Of a stretch of DNA of 64,000 nt, positions 35,072 through 47,477 are shown piece after piece. The translations under genes and the position numbers were made by a program. The DNA is from Octopus bimaculoides. Its lineage: Eukaryota. The stretch's first letter is position 1, and the number at the start of each line of letters is the position of its first letter. The notes under the pieces were generated by a model that saw only the letters and a program-made list of their open reading frames with translations, was not told where the DNA came from and ran no database searches. Location of the stretch: positions 122,206,996-122,270,995 of the forward strand of contig NC_068984.1 in NCBI RefSeq assembly GCF_001194135.2. The letters run 5' to 3'.

Positions 35072-37319
35072 GTAAGTTTATTACTATGGTAACAAAACAC
35101 CTTCATTTTTAAGTATTTGCATTGAAAATCTCAGATGACAAATATTATGTAAAATTTTCTTAAAATCCAATGCAGCTGAATTTTAAAAGTGTATTATTAA
35201 TATTTAAAGTTTAATAATCTATGTATCTCTTAAAAAATCAAATTATTCATAAATTTTAAAAAGTCCTGATATTTGAAATATTTCTTATATTATAGAATTT
35301 TTAACATTTAAATTCCATTTTATGTATCTATAGACACATCGCTTATCAAGGAAAATATTCTGAATCTCTTTCTTTCAAAGCCTCAGTGTTAGATGTCCTT
35401 TTATCCTGTTACAACTCTTGTTGGTTAATTCTATACATTAAAGAATAATTAAATTGAATCTTTTATTTGTTAAAAAATAAAGGAAATTCTATTGTTTGCC
35501 TTCAAATTAAACATTTGAAATGAAGTTATATTATAAAATACTTATGTTTTATGGAATGTGTGTGTCTGTGAAAGAGGTTTGATTTCCTCCAATTTTTACC
35601 CAAAACGGGTTATACATAAGCATAAATTGCTTACAGGTTTCCACATATGTAGGTTTAAATGCCATCACCTGTTTAAAGCTTTTTCTAATTAGTTGAACGG
35701 ATGGATTATATTTACATTGGGAACTGTTGTTCTGAAATCAGTTTCCAACAAATTTTTTTTTTTCCCATGCATCTTTGTTTAAACAAACACTTGATTTAGT
35801 TGGCTATTAGCTGCTGCTAAATTAGGGTCTTCATTATTACAAACAATTTGGTATCTTAGCTTTTCAAACTTTGATCACTCTTGTAGCAGCCATTTTCAAG
35901 GAACATTTATGTAACAAACAATCTTGTGTGAATAAAAGAAATCAGTCTATCAGCAAAAATTGTTTAGTAAATTTGCATATTTACTAAATTATTTTTAGTT
36001 AGTATTCTTATCTTTATGAGACAAGAATACTGGCGTTTTGGGCACAGCCCTTTATTTGGAGAGAAATTTTTAATGATTATGGTAGCATTGTGTGCTATCG
36101 TTAACAATTGTGTGCTCTTAACTAAATTTTCATAAAAGAAAAAATAAATTTTAGCTATACTTCTATAAGTATATTTCTGTGCAAATTGTAAGTTATTCAT
36201 TAGTAAATGCTTTCCTGGCTGAATTTTCAGCAGTTATTTCATTATTTATTATATGTATGTATGATAAAATTGTACTACCCAGACAAAATTGTTTCACAAA
36301 GTGTTAATTATGGAATCAGTTTCCTTATTTGACCATATGAAGCCAACTGTGCAGAAAAGACACAATATCAGCTGCCTTTATTGTGGTTAGAAGCTATTGA
36401 ACTATTAATTTTATATGGTTTGAAAATTAATGTTTCATTGTTCCTTAAGTAACTTACTGATTGGTTTCCAGTATGGTATTGGGTGTCATTAACTTAATGT
36501 TTGTTCACTTAAATACTGCTATATTGTGCTATTCTATTTTCACCAACCAATAAAACAACAAAAATCAAAATTCTTGATATGGGGATTTTTTTTTCTTTTA
36601 TGATTTTGATAAAATGTTTTTGTATAAATTGTGAAATTGAGGAAAAAGTAATTTTTTACAAACTAGGGTTATCTTTCTTTAAAAGATCCACTCAATAAAA
36701 GCCAATTTTCATTCATTAGATTATTTCATAATGGAAATCAAGGAGACTGTTTTGATAGTTATTCTGAAAACTTTCCAGTTTTGGCCTTACTTTAAAAGTT
36801 AATATCTTGCAATAAATTATTTGTTTTTATGATATAGTTATGTTATGAATTATAAGATCAAACATAAGGAATTTGTTTCTCCTTTCTATATGTTTAAATG
36901 GTTCAATTCAAATTGGCTTCTAAAGGCAACTACTTTCATAGTTAGCCAACTTAGAATTATTTTGTTTTCATATTCATTTAACATTTTATCATGTTCTGTT
37001 TCTTATCATAACACCAGTCTTTCAGACAAAATTTGTGTTCTTGAAGAAATTTAAAATTTATCTTAAGGTTTAGATAATGGTAATGTTATAAAGAAATGGA
37101 ATATTTTATCACTTTTTCATTTTTAATTTTGCTTCAGTTAAATGAATTTAGATTTTCGATTTCTTTTTGATATATTTATTATTTACTGTGTTTGTGTTAA
37201 ACTTGATTTTTAATTTTATTAATTTCATATTCAAAATAAAAAGAAGTACTAATTATTTTTTTTTCTATTATCTAACATTGAGAAACAATCTACAAATTTA
37301 ATATTTACTGCTTGAATTT

Positions 37320-37364
<45 letters not shown>

Positions 37365-39668
37365 NNNNNNNNNNTTTCTAATATCTTGGCTGCTAGACTC
37401 CAAATTACTATTTTACATGTTTGGTTTCTTTTATGGCTTTTCAAAATAGCTAAAATTTGCTTGAAATGGAAAATTTAGATCACTAGAGATTGTTTTTTTT
37501 TTTTTTCCCCTCTGCTTCCTATTATTACATTTGCGTTTGATATATAACACTAATATATTTTTATCAGAAATTCATGAAAATGATACATATAAATTCTTCC
37601 CTCGTATATAAATTGTTATTCATAGGTTCCTGTACATTATGTAAATTATAACAGGAATTATTCACACATGTGTCTTTAATGTCTCTAAAAAAAAATTTTA
37701 AATAAAACTAAATATAATATGAAAGCTTTTAATGAAGTCATTGAAATTATCAATGAAAGAGCTTTTTGGAAATTGTTTTTAATTTCCTCAAGCCTGACTG
37801 TGGTTAAGAAGTTTACTTCCCAGTTACCTGGTTTCATGTTCAATCACACTGTGCAACACCTAGGCCAAGTGTCTTTAACTCCAAGCTTTCCAAAGCTTTA
37901 TTAGTAGATTTGTTAGATGGAAACTGAAAGAAGCCTATCCAGTATATAGTATCAATGTTCCCTGCTTACATAGGCTGGAGGTGTATATATATATATGTGT
38001 GTGTGTCTCATTCTTGATATCATGAAATAGTTGTAAACAAGTGTCACCATCACACCAGCAGTGTCATTTGTTTTCACTCTTCCATGAAAATGTGCCTGAC
38101 TGTGAGAAATATTACCTTGTTTGAAAATATGTGTATTGGTAACAGGAAGGGCTGTAGAAAATTTACCCCAGTGAATTACTAACTTGTACAGGTATGGAAA
38201 AGTGGGCATTAGAATGGTGATGGTGGTGATGTAGTACAGCTGATTGTATTGAATTTAGAATTAGCTTTAATGATTGAGACCAGTAGAAAAATTAAAAAAT
38301 GAATAAGTTAATATTTCTTGAGAATTGTATGAAATTATTTGGAATTTTCGTTCTTCCAAATTTTCATCTAAAAATGGTTTTGTTTTTTGGTTTTTTTTTA
38401 TTTACTTTAGAGTTATTCTCTTGAACTGGTCTAATTATATAAGTCTTTGAATTCGCTTACAACACGTCTCTCGCTGTAATGTCCGTTACAGACCCTCTTC
38501 CTTCTCTGTATAGGCCTCATAGAATAAAAAAACAGTTTTTATAAAGTCAAAGTCCAAAGACATTGCAACTATCTCAACTGACTGCTTTATTTTTAATTCA
38601 TGTAATGATCAATTATATTATAAATGTATGAAAACCATTGTTTGGAATTACAATACTTACATTACTTACTGTACTTACATTACTTACACGTATAAGTGTA
38701 TTGAAAAATTAATTTTAAAAGCCATCCATCTAAAGATTATGAACTAAAAGTTAATACCTTGGTAAATAATTAGAATAGTGTATTAATTTTTAACTTACTA
38801 TTGAGTACTCCCATTAACTATGGCATGGAGCTGTCTGATTGTAGAATCCTTCAGCTGCTATTGTAACTGGCATTGTTGAAAACAAAGGCTATTGTGAACA
38901 TGCTGGCCAATGATTTAGAACGCAAACTTATTCTCCATTTTAATGACAGATGTGAACTTAGATTTGGTTGCTTTATGCAACCTGAAAAGCAACTCTGTAG
39001 AAGTTCTCTTGGCTTTTGATTCTCAAGTTTCAGTATTTGATTTTAGCAAACATTAAATTTTTGCTGATGTTTTTACTATGAAAATGTTAATTTGTCCAGT
39101 ATAGATAATTTGCAATTATTCTGCCCTCCCTTAAAATTTGTTTTATTGAAATAGTTATAAGAAATAAAGTAGCTTCTTGAAGATTTAGATATGGACTAAA
39201 AATCAGAATAAATATTAGTTAATGCTTCTTCAACATAGAGTTCTCAAAAGTGTTTCTGAATTAATTTTTTTAAAAATTTGTTTGCTGTATATTTTCCTTC
39301 TTTGTTAAAGCATGTTATTAGTATCTATGATTATTTCTCCACTTGCATTTTGCTTACCTACACAATTAGTGTTTGTTACAAACAAAAAAAATATTGATGT
39401 AATTAATTTTAATCGGTTTGTCTTTTTTTTTCTATTGAAATGCTGTTAGTTTTTCTGTTTACAAGTTGTGCTTAAATAGATTTTATAGTTTGAAAACTTT
39501 ACAAAATTTTCAATATTAAAAACAATAATCAAATGAAATAATTCTTTTTTGTTTGCAATGTATTTTCTTTTCTTTTTCTTTTTTTTTTCCTTTTCTTTCC
39601 AAAAATATTTTACAATATTTCAATTTCTGTAGAAACAGTTTAGGTTAAAGTTACTTGTGTTTTTCCAG

Positions 39669-39779
39669 ACTGGACTTCCTTCTGGTCATGTGCAATTACC
39701 ATCAGTTACATCATTCAATCCATACCACATTCAAGCTGCTACACAATTCCAGCAGTTGGTTCAGGCATCAATGTATCAG
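39669..39779 (+). CDS. WNK: WNK exon 9 (symmetric, 111 nt)
   Basis: gtgtttttccag|ACT; TGLPSGHVQLPSVTSFNPYHIQAATQFQQLVQASMYQ; CAG|gtagtc; phase 0/0. Confidence 0.8.
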
Positions 39780-41704
39780 GTAGTCATCAGGATCTTTTAA
39801 ACTAATTCAATTACTGTGGCACTGGACTGAATAACCAGTATTTAGATTGACTATAATGTGTTATTGCAAATTGATGTTGTGCTTTATGTAGAAGTCTATA
39901 ATTGATATTGTGTTGTGTTCATTTATTGTCTTAGTTAAATATCATTGTCATGGCTATCATTGATTATTCAGTTATGCAAGGCATCTTGTGATATTTAAAA
40001 AGAAAGAAAAGGAGTGTTTTGGTTGATAAAAGTTTTAGGTAAATTGAATATAAAATTATACTCCACGATCCTATTGTATTTGTCGTGTTCCTTAAAAGTC
40101 AGCATAGCACCATCATTTAGGTGTTATTTTAAAATTATCATTTCTGCTGGACATTTCTTAAGTTTTGTTTCTGACTAAAGTTTCTGCAATAAATGCATTT
40201 AGAAATTGTTTTTTGTTGGAAGTAAAGCAAAATGAGGCCGTGTTATGTCATCAAATAATTGCATTTTTATATTACGCTTTTTTTTTTATTAGTTTACTTG
40301 TATGCTTTCACAATCTAATGTTACTAATTATTAATTTTTTTACATAATCAACAATTTTTCTTATTTATTTCTAAAATATATTTTATCTTAATTTTTTTTC
40401 TTATTATAAGCATATATATTTTTTGATCATCTATGTCAGTAGAAATCTAGTTTAATGATACATTCTAATTTATTATTTTGAAGCTGGTTTATAATTATAT
40501 TTATAATGCCAAATTTAGTTGGTTTTTTTTCTTCTTCTCTCTATATTCAGTTGGGTTAGGCAGTATTTGACAAAGTAAAACATAATTGAGTGCTTTTTCC
40601 AGCTAATCAAATTATTCGATAGTATTTAGGCTGCAGTTTCATAATATGAGTGAATTTCAGGTGTTATTAAAGTATTTTCCCTTTAAATGGGACTTGGGAG
40701 CAACCATTTACCTGAAAATATTTAACAAATTTCTTAAAGATCTTTTTGTAATAAAGGCTTCAGTAATGTAGTGGATTAATTACATTAAAAAAATGTATTG
40801 AATAAAATTCTATAAATTTTTCATTTTAAGATTTTTTTAAATTATATATTTTTTACTTACTATCATTTAATGTATTGATGTTAAAATCAAGTTTAGTGTT
40901 ATTGCTAATCGTGTTTCTTGGATTTCAATAATTAAAATTTAACGCTTATTTTTATTAGTCAACATTATTAGCTTCAATTAATGTACTTAACAAATAGTTA
41001 TGAAATAATAAATTTCATTTACTTTCATCGTAAAAGCCAGTAGTAAATTCTGAAGATTATTTAAATTTGGATGCATGTCTTACACTGTTTGACTTTTTCA
41101 TAATGAAAGACTAGTGCCTTTATGAAACTTTTGTATTTTTTTCCATCATTAGCAACCAAGTTGCATGTGTATATCTTACCTAGTATCTAAATTAGACTAC
41201 TTATGTGTCTTCTGTTATGATCTGTACTCTAAAAGTTGGAGACAAAGTTATCTTTCTTCTTAAGAAAAAAAGTCATTCCTGCTTCCTTGTAACAAATTTT
41301 GCATGAATTTTCTAACATTTGATACTCTGTGAAGTAGTTGAGAAAAATGTATGCTGTGGTTTTAAGAAACTTCTTTTTAGTTTCTTTCTCCCTTACAGGG
41401 AGACCATATGTGGAAAAGGAACAGTCATAAGCAGGCTGTAATCAGTATTTAAGGAGGTTTTTGTTTTCTTTCTCCATTTAAATGTTTGAATAAAGAAAAA
41501 GACATATCAAAAAATTGGTATAAAAGATGAATAAAAGAAATGCTGGAAGAATGAAGTTCATGATATTGTGGTAAAAAAGAGAAACTGATAGTTAAGTTTG
41601 GATGTCTGAAAAAGAAACTTTATTGAAGGGTTTGTGAATATAGTGACTCTAGAGTTGGATGGAAGATATATTGTAGGAATATTATACTGTAAAATATCAA
41701 TATT

Positions 41705-41706
41705 TG

Positions 41707-41785
<79 letters not shown>
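41705..41785. repeat. (CT)n microsatellite
   Basis: Direct reading; one of dozens of (CA)n, (TA)n, (ATAC)n and (ATCT)n tracts in the window. Confidence 0.95.
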
Positions 41786-41787
<2 letters not shown>

Positions 41788-42511
41788 CTTAATTTAAAGC
41801 TATTTAATAAAAAATCTTTCATGGAAAATAAACTTTCTATTTTTAGGATTGTTTGTCCTTCTCCCCTTTACATTATTCAATTACAGCAACATTTTTCTCA
41901 TAATCTAGATGTAAATATTGAAAATGGTTGGTATTTGGGGAAAGGGAGATGATAGTCAGAAAAATATAATCATATTAACTAATATTACATATTTGTCCTC
42001 ACTGGAACCACCTAACTCACTCATCAGAACCAAAAGTACAAAATACACATGCAACTCCTGAAAGCACTTCACTCAACTTATGATGGTGTGTATCTAGTTT
42101 GTATATACATACAAACTGGATACATACCGTCACTAGCTAGCTTGTATATACATACAATCTAGGCTATATATAAAAACAAACTCTTTACTTTATTAGTGTA
42201 CCTTCAAATAACTCCCAACTACCTCTGAGTCTAGTATTCTTATTCAATTACAATAACCTATGACTTCATATCTTATACTATTTCACCTTCACCTAAGCTC
42301 ATTCTAAGCATCTACCAGTCTTTGTTCTATCAACCACATAATACCACATCTCCTTCAAACATAAAAGAATATCTATTTCTCAAATGTCTGTGTTCTGTGT
42401 TTATATTTTCTTTCAATTATTAAGTTGCAGTAGTTCAAACTATGCATTAACAGCTGTAATCTCCACTTCAGATTAACAGATCTACTTCATAATACTTCAT
42501 TGATGATCTAT

Positions 42512-42560
<49 letters not shown>

Positions 42561-42645
42561 CTGCTAGTATATCTGTATACAAGACATTTCTTTGGCTTCG
42601 TATCTGATATGTTTTTACACACACACACACAGTATGTCTTGTGTG

Positions 42646-43464
42646 TACAGGGTGCATGGGTAAATTGTTGCAATTTATATTTTTAATTTCGCACATGTGC
42701 ATTGTTTGTTTTTGATTTTGTCAACTATGCAGTATAGTAGGGTCAGTTGGGCATCATCTGTGAGAAAAACAGCACCATGATGCAATTCACTCTGCCAGAA
42801 ATTTGGAAATTACATGCTGTACTGCTTGGAAGCTCTAATACGAACACTTCAAAGTGTTGGGGTGTCAGTCTGAGACATGTACTGAGAGTGATAAAAATCA
42901 AACATCCAATCAACATCATGGTGTTTTGAGTGATCACAAGTGATGGTAACGTTATGCTTCCATTCATCTTCCCATATGGCCCTGGATTCAGCAGGGAAGC
43001 CTACATCAAGTGCCTGGAGGAGGTAGTGCTGCCCTGGGTCAAGAGGGTGGCTGCTGGAAGACCCTATGTCTGGTAACAGGACTCTGCACCATGCCATACA
43101 AACAGGAGAACCCATTCATGGCAGTCAGACAATTTCTGCGACCACAACCACCTTGATTATTATGTGGGGGGCGCAATTGAGTGAGAGACCAACAAAACTC
43201 CTTGTAACACCAAAAATGAACTGAAGGCAAGGATTATGGCAGCACTCACCAACTTAAACAAGGAGACCTTCCAGAAGAGTTGCAGGAGATTCTGAAATCA
43301 TGAGGCCGTGGTTGAAGCCAATGGCGATTCTATTGAATAAATTTACTCTTTACTATTTCAAGATATTTTTATATAATTTTGGTAAATATATCTGTTAAAA
43401 TAGATGTCGGGGTTATTTTCATTTTTGCATAATTTAGATGATAGTTTATTCACTGCACCCTGTA
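42646..43464 (+). mobile_element. maT/ITmD37D-like non-autonomous element with TIRs
   Basis: Ends tacagggtgca ... tgcaccctgta; internal KHPINIMVFGVITSDGNVMLPFIF...PWVKRVAAGRPYVW*QDSAPCHT. Confidence 0.82.
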
Positions 43465-44423
43465 CAGTTAGATGTATGTCTGCTACTGTTGAGTTTAGAA
43501 CTCCATGCTGATTGTCTTCATCCAGTCTGCTTTCAGTATAATGCTTAGGTTACTACTGTACTTAGTAGTATTATCGGTTATGCTCTACAGAGCAAATGTT
43601 AGAGAAATGATAAGCATTAGTTTATATAATTTGTTCCCTGCATACATTTCACTGTTGTGATTATTTGGAACCACACAGCATTGGGTGTTCAAATGCAATT
43701 GGATGCATATCCATAACAAATCATTAGGAAAATATTTTATTGCATTGTTTGATCTTTGTAACATAATGCTATAAAATGTTCCCCTGGTGATCCATTGTGG
43801 TTAAGCATTCAGTTGAACTTGGAATATCTAATGCTGTGATTCCAAACAACCACAAACAGTGAAATGTACATAAAGAACATGTTATAAACTGGTTTTTATC
43901 ATAATTTCATGTGTGTATACATATATATATATATATATATATAATTATTGAATGGTGCAAAAAGAAATTGTGCTTGAATACTTTTAGTATTTGTGTTTAA
44001 CCCTCTATATTTTGAGTTCAAGTTTCATTTCATGAGAATCAACTCTGTCTTCTACTCCTTTGGAGTCAATGTGTCAGACATTTTGTGTGGTCAATTCACT
44101 TGCAGCCCTCACTTTCCCTTCATCTTTTGTAAATCATTATTAAAATCTGATTTCTAACATTGAAATGGAATTCATCTTAATTATAAGGTCATCACTATTT
44201 TTATTTATTTATTCCCTGATAAGTTAGTAACAAACAAGAGTAGGCTACTACTTCAATAGAAAAAGAGTTAGTGACTGGAAAATAGCACTGAGTACATATA
44301 CATAAATTATTTCTTTCTTTTTAGTCAGTTTTTTTTTTTAGGGGTGATAGAAATTGAACATATTTTAACTAATTTGTATTGTTTTATATCCAGTGTTAAC
44401 ACTTAATTTTGCATCTGTATAAA

Positions 44424-44458
<35 letters not shown>

Positions 44459-44641
44459 GTGAAGTGAGTTGAAATGTTTGCTTAACATGTGTGTGTATAC
44501 ATATATAAAACTGACTGTGGATTTGAAGTTTTTGGCTTATTCAGACTGTTTGAATTAGCAAGACCTGTAAAACTTCAATCACTGTCAATCAAATTATGAT
44601 ATATAATAGACTTTACAAGTGTATCAAGTCCTTTGATTTCA

Positions 44642-44685
<44 letters not shown>

Positions 44686-45892
44686 CCCTTAAGAATAATG
44701 ATAAGTGCTTAATACAAAAGTAGAAGGCAATAGTTTAAGCTGATCCTGTTAGTCTGGAATTTCCCTGGTGTCTAACTGGTTCCCTAGACAGAAAGTGGGA
44801 TAATGGATAACAGTGGGAAGCTGGGGGACACAGTTATCTGAATTTACAAGCTGGTTTTTGACCGAGTCTGCAGAAGGGAATGGGGAAATACGAACACATG
44901 TACATAATGACATACATGCATGTGTGGATATGGGTTGTAAAGAAATATGGGTGGCCAGTAGTTTAAGTGGGGCAGGGTTAGTGGGTATAACAGGACAAAA
45001 GCTGAAGGGTATTTGTCCCTTGTGTACTCTGGCATGTTTATACAAAGGTACAGACACAGGCATACACGCAAGCTGCCAAACTTATCCATGGACAGGCCTA
45101 CTTTATTATTGTTGTACTCTATGTAATAGACTCTGTAACCTATAAGGTACTGCATATATTATCACCTTACAATTACTGTTGATATTATATCATCATTATT
45201 TTGATAATTCTTCACAAGTAATGAATGATGTTCACTACTTCCCCACTTTGCTTGTTTGCTCACTTATGTGTCCATGTGAACTTATGTGGATGCACATCTG
45301 GCTGCTCATTTGTGTGCCCGCATGCATATGAGTGTGTACTTGTATACAGGCATCTGTGAGTGACCAATCCCTTAGATTTCATCCTATGTACCCATTTAGT
45401 AACTTGTTCAGTTGTCAGTCACTGGTCTGTGTCCCTGTTTCCCCCCCCCCCCTTTTTTGTTTCCTTTCTTTGTTGAACTCTTTCCTTTTACTCTCTCTTC
45501 CTCAATTTCCCTCTCTATGTCTCTTCTATTCCTCTCTCCTTACTAGCTCTACTTAAGGCTGATATGTTTGTATATTTATGTGTATATGTGGAGTGGTTGG
45601 CATTAGGAAGGGCATCCAGCTGTAGAAACCTTGCTAGATCAGATTGGAGCCTGGTACAGCCTCCTGGCTTGCCAGTCCTCAGTCAAACTGCCCAACCCAT
45701 GCAAGCATGGAAAGCAGGCATTAAATGATGATGATGTGTGCACTTGAATACCTTTTTCTTCATTTCACTCTAACCCTAGTCAAAAGTTGGCTTGTAAATT
45801 CAGCCAATCTTGTGTTTTCCAGTTTCCTCCCATCATCAAAATGGTATATCTTTATTATCCTGTCTCCTCTTGTCGTTGTGGGNNNNNNNNNN

Positions 45893-45935
<43 letters not shown>

Positions 45936-47330
45936 TTAAAAGATGCTACATTAGTTTATTTTATTTATATATATACACACATGCATGCACACATATACAT
46001 CATAAAATTTGATTCTGTGCTTTTATTTCAACTGAAGCTTTTGAAAAGTGAGAGAAGAAATACTGAAAACATTAAACCTCATTAAGCTTTTAATCATTGT
46101 AGTTAAATAAGAGATTTGTAATTTTACATTGCATTTCTGAAGCAACATCTCTTTAGAGTGTTATCAAATTTTATAGCGCTAGACTTTTTTCCCTGAACTT
46201 TAATAATGAATAAGTTCATAATCTTAATTGATCTAATAATTCCTTAAATGGTTTGAATATTGCAAGATTGGTGCAAATATTCAGTTATTTGTATAGAGAC
46301 ATTTAAAATGATGTATATTTTTTTAAAAATCAGATTATTATTGTAGGTGATTGTATTTCATGTTAATTTTTAAGATATTTGCTAATTAGCTCTTGCTTTC
46401 ATAGCTAATTATACTCTAAACTGCAGCCTTACTAACCTATTTTATATAATCCTTATTACCTCAGATATCCATTATAACGAAGACTTCTACATATATTTTT
46501 TATTCCACTCAGCAATTGCTTTTATCAAGTATTTTTTTCTTGCAATTTATATATTTATTTTCTTTTTTAAATTTTACTTATATATTGCTAGCTTAACAGA
46601 TATCCCCTCCCTCAAATGTGTTAATTATCTGAAATGATTATTTTAGTAAATGGTAATTATTTTATATATATATAGTCCATGATATGAAGCATAGTCTCTT
46701 TTTGTTTGATTAAACTTGTCAGCCTGCTTGTATAGAGCAAGTGCTTTGTTGTGTTCTTTCTTCATCTCAGTTATTTAACTCATACAAAACATTGGTTTTG
46801 AACTTGGTTCTACATGAAACCTTCCTTACATATATGTTCAACAGTGGACAAATCTTGAAGTGTGCATCTTGGCTTTTAAGAAAGAAATTTATTTAAATAT
46901 TTTAATATTGAAGCTTCAACTGGGAAATCATTTAATTGGCGGTCACTTGTTGTTTCCCCTATTTCAGTTCTATATATTGAGTTGGAAATTTTCAGTTTCC
47001 AGTTATTTTAATGTTCTGCTTAGATTAAACCCAAAGGTAATGAAATTCAAATTTTAAACTATTAAAGAGAAATTATTTTTTTTAATTTCCTTATTTGTTG
47101 AATGAAAGATTCAGTTTTAATTAAGATGTTGGTTAATGAAGGATTGTTATATTTTAAATACAAAAATTAACTGTCCCTATTTTAATGGATTCAGTTTATT
47201 TTCTTGTTACCTAAAGACTTACTGTAGATGTCTCTCTTACTTTGACACTTTGCTGAACATATTCCTCTAATTTTTGTATTAAAAAAAATATATCCAAATT
47301 TGTCATCTTCATTGCCCATTTATCATTCAG

Positions 47331-47477
47331 GGTCATGTAGCTCAGATTCAATACCCTCCTGCTATTTCTTCTGTTGTTCAGAGCTCAGCACATAGGAGGT
47401 CACATGTAAAAAGGTCCAGTGAAGCCAGGCGTTCGGACTCACACAGAAGTCCACGCATTAGCAGGTTACAGGCCAAG
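47331..47477 (+). CDS. WNK: WNK exon 10 (symmetric, 147 nt, basic R/S-rich)
   Basis: ttatcattcag|GGT; GHVAQIQYPPAISSVVQSSAHRRSHVKRSSEARRSDSHRSPRISRLQAK; AAG|gtgtgt; a GC-richer open frame inside very AT-rich intron; phase 0/0. Confidence 0.75.

Noticed and set aside
44749-45155. Three overlapping ~100-aa ORFs
   Set aside because: No recognisable motif or splice context; most likely a GC-richer decayed repeat.
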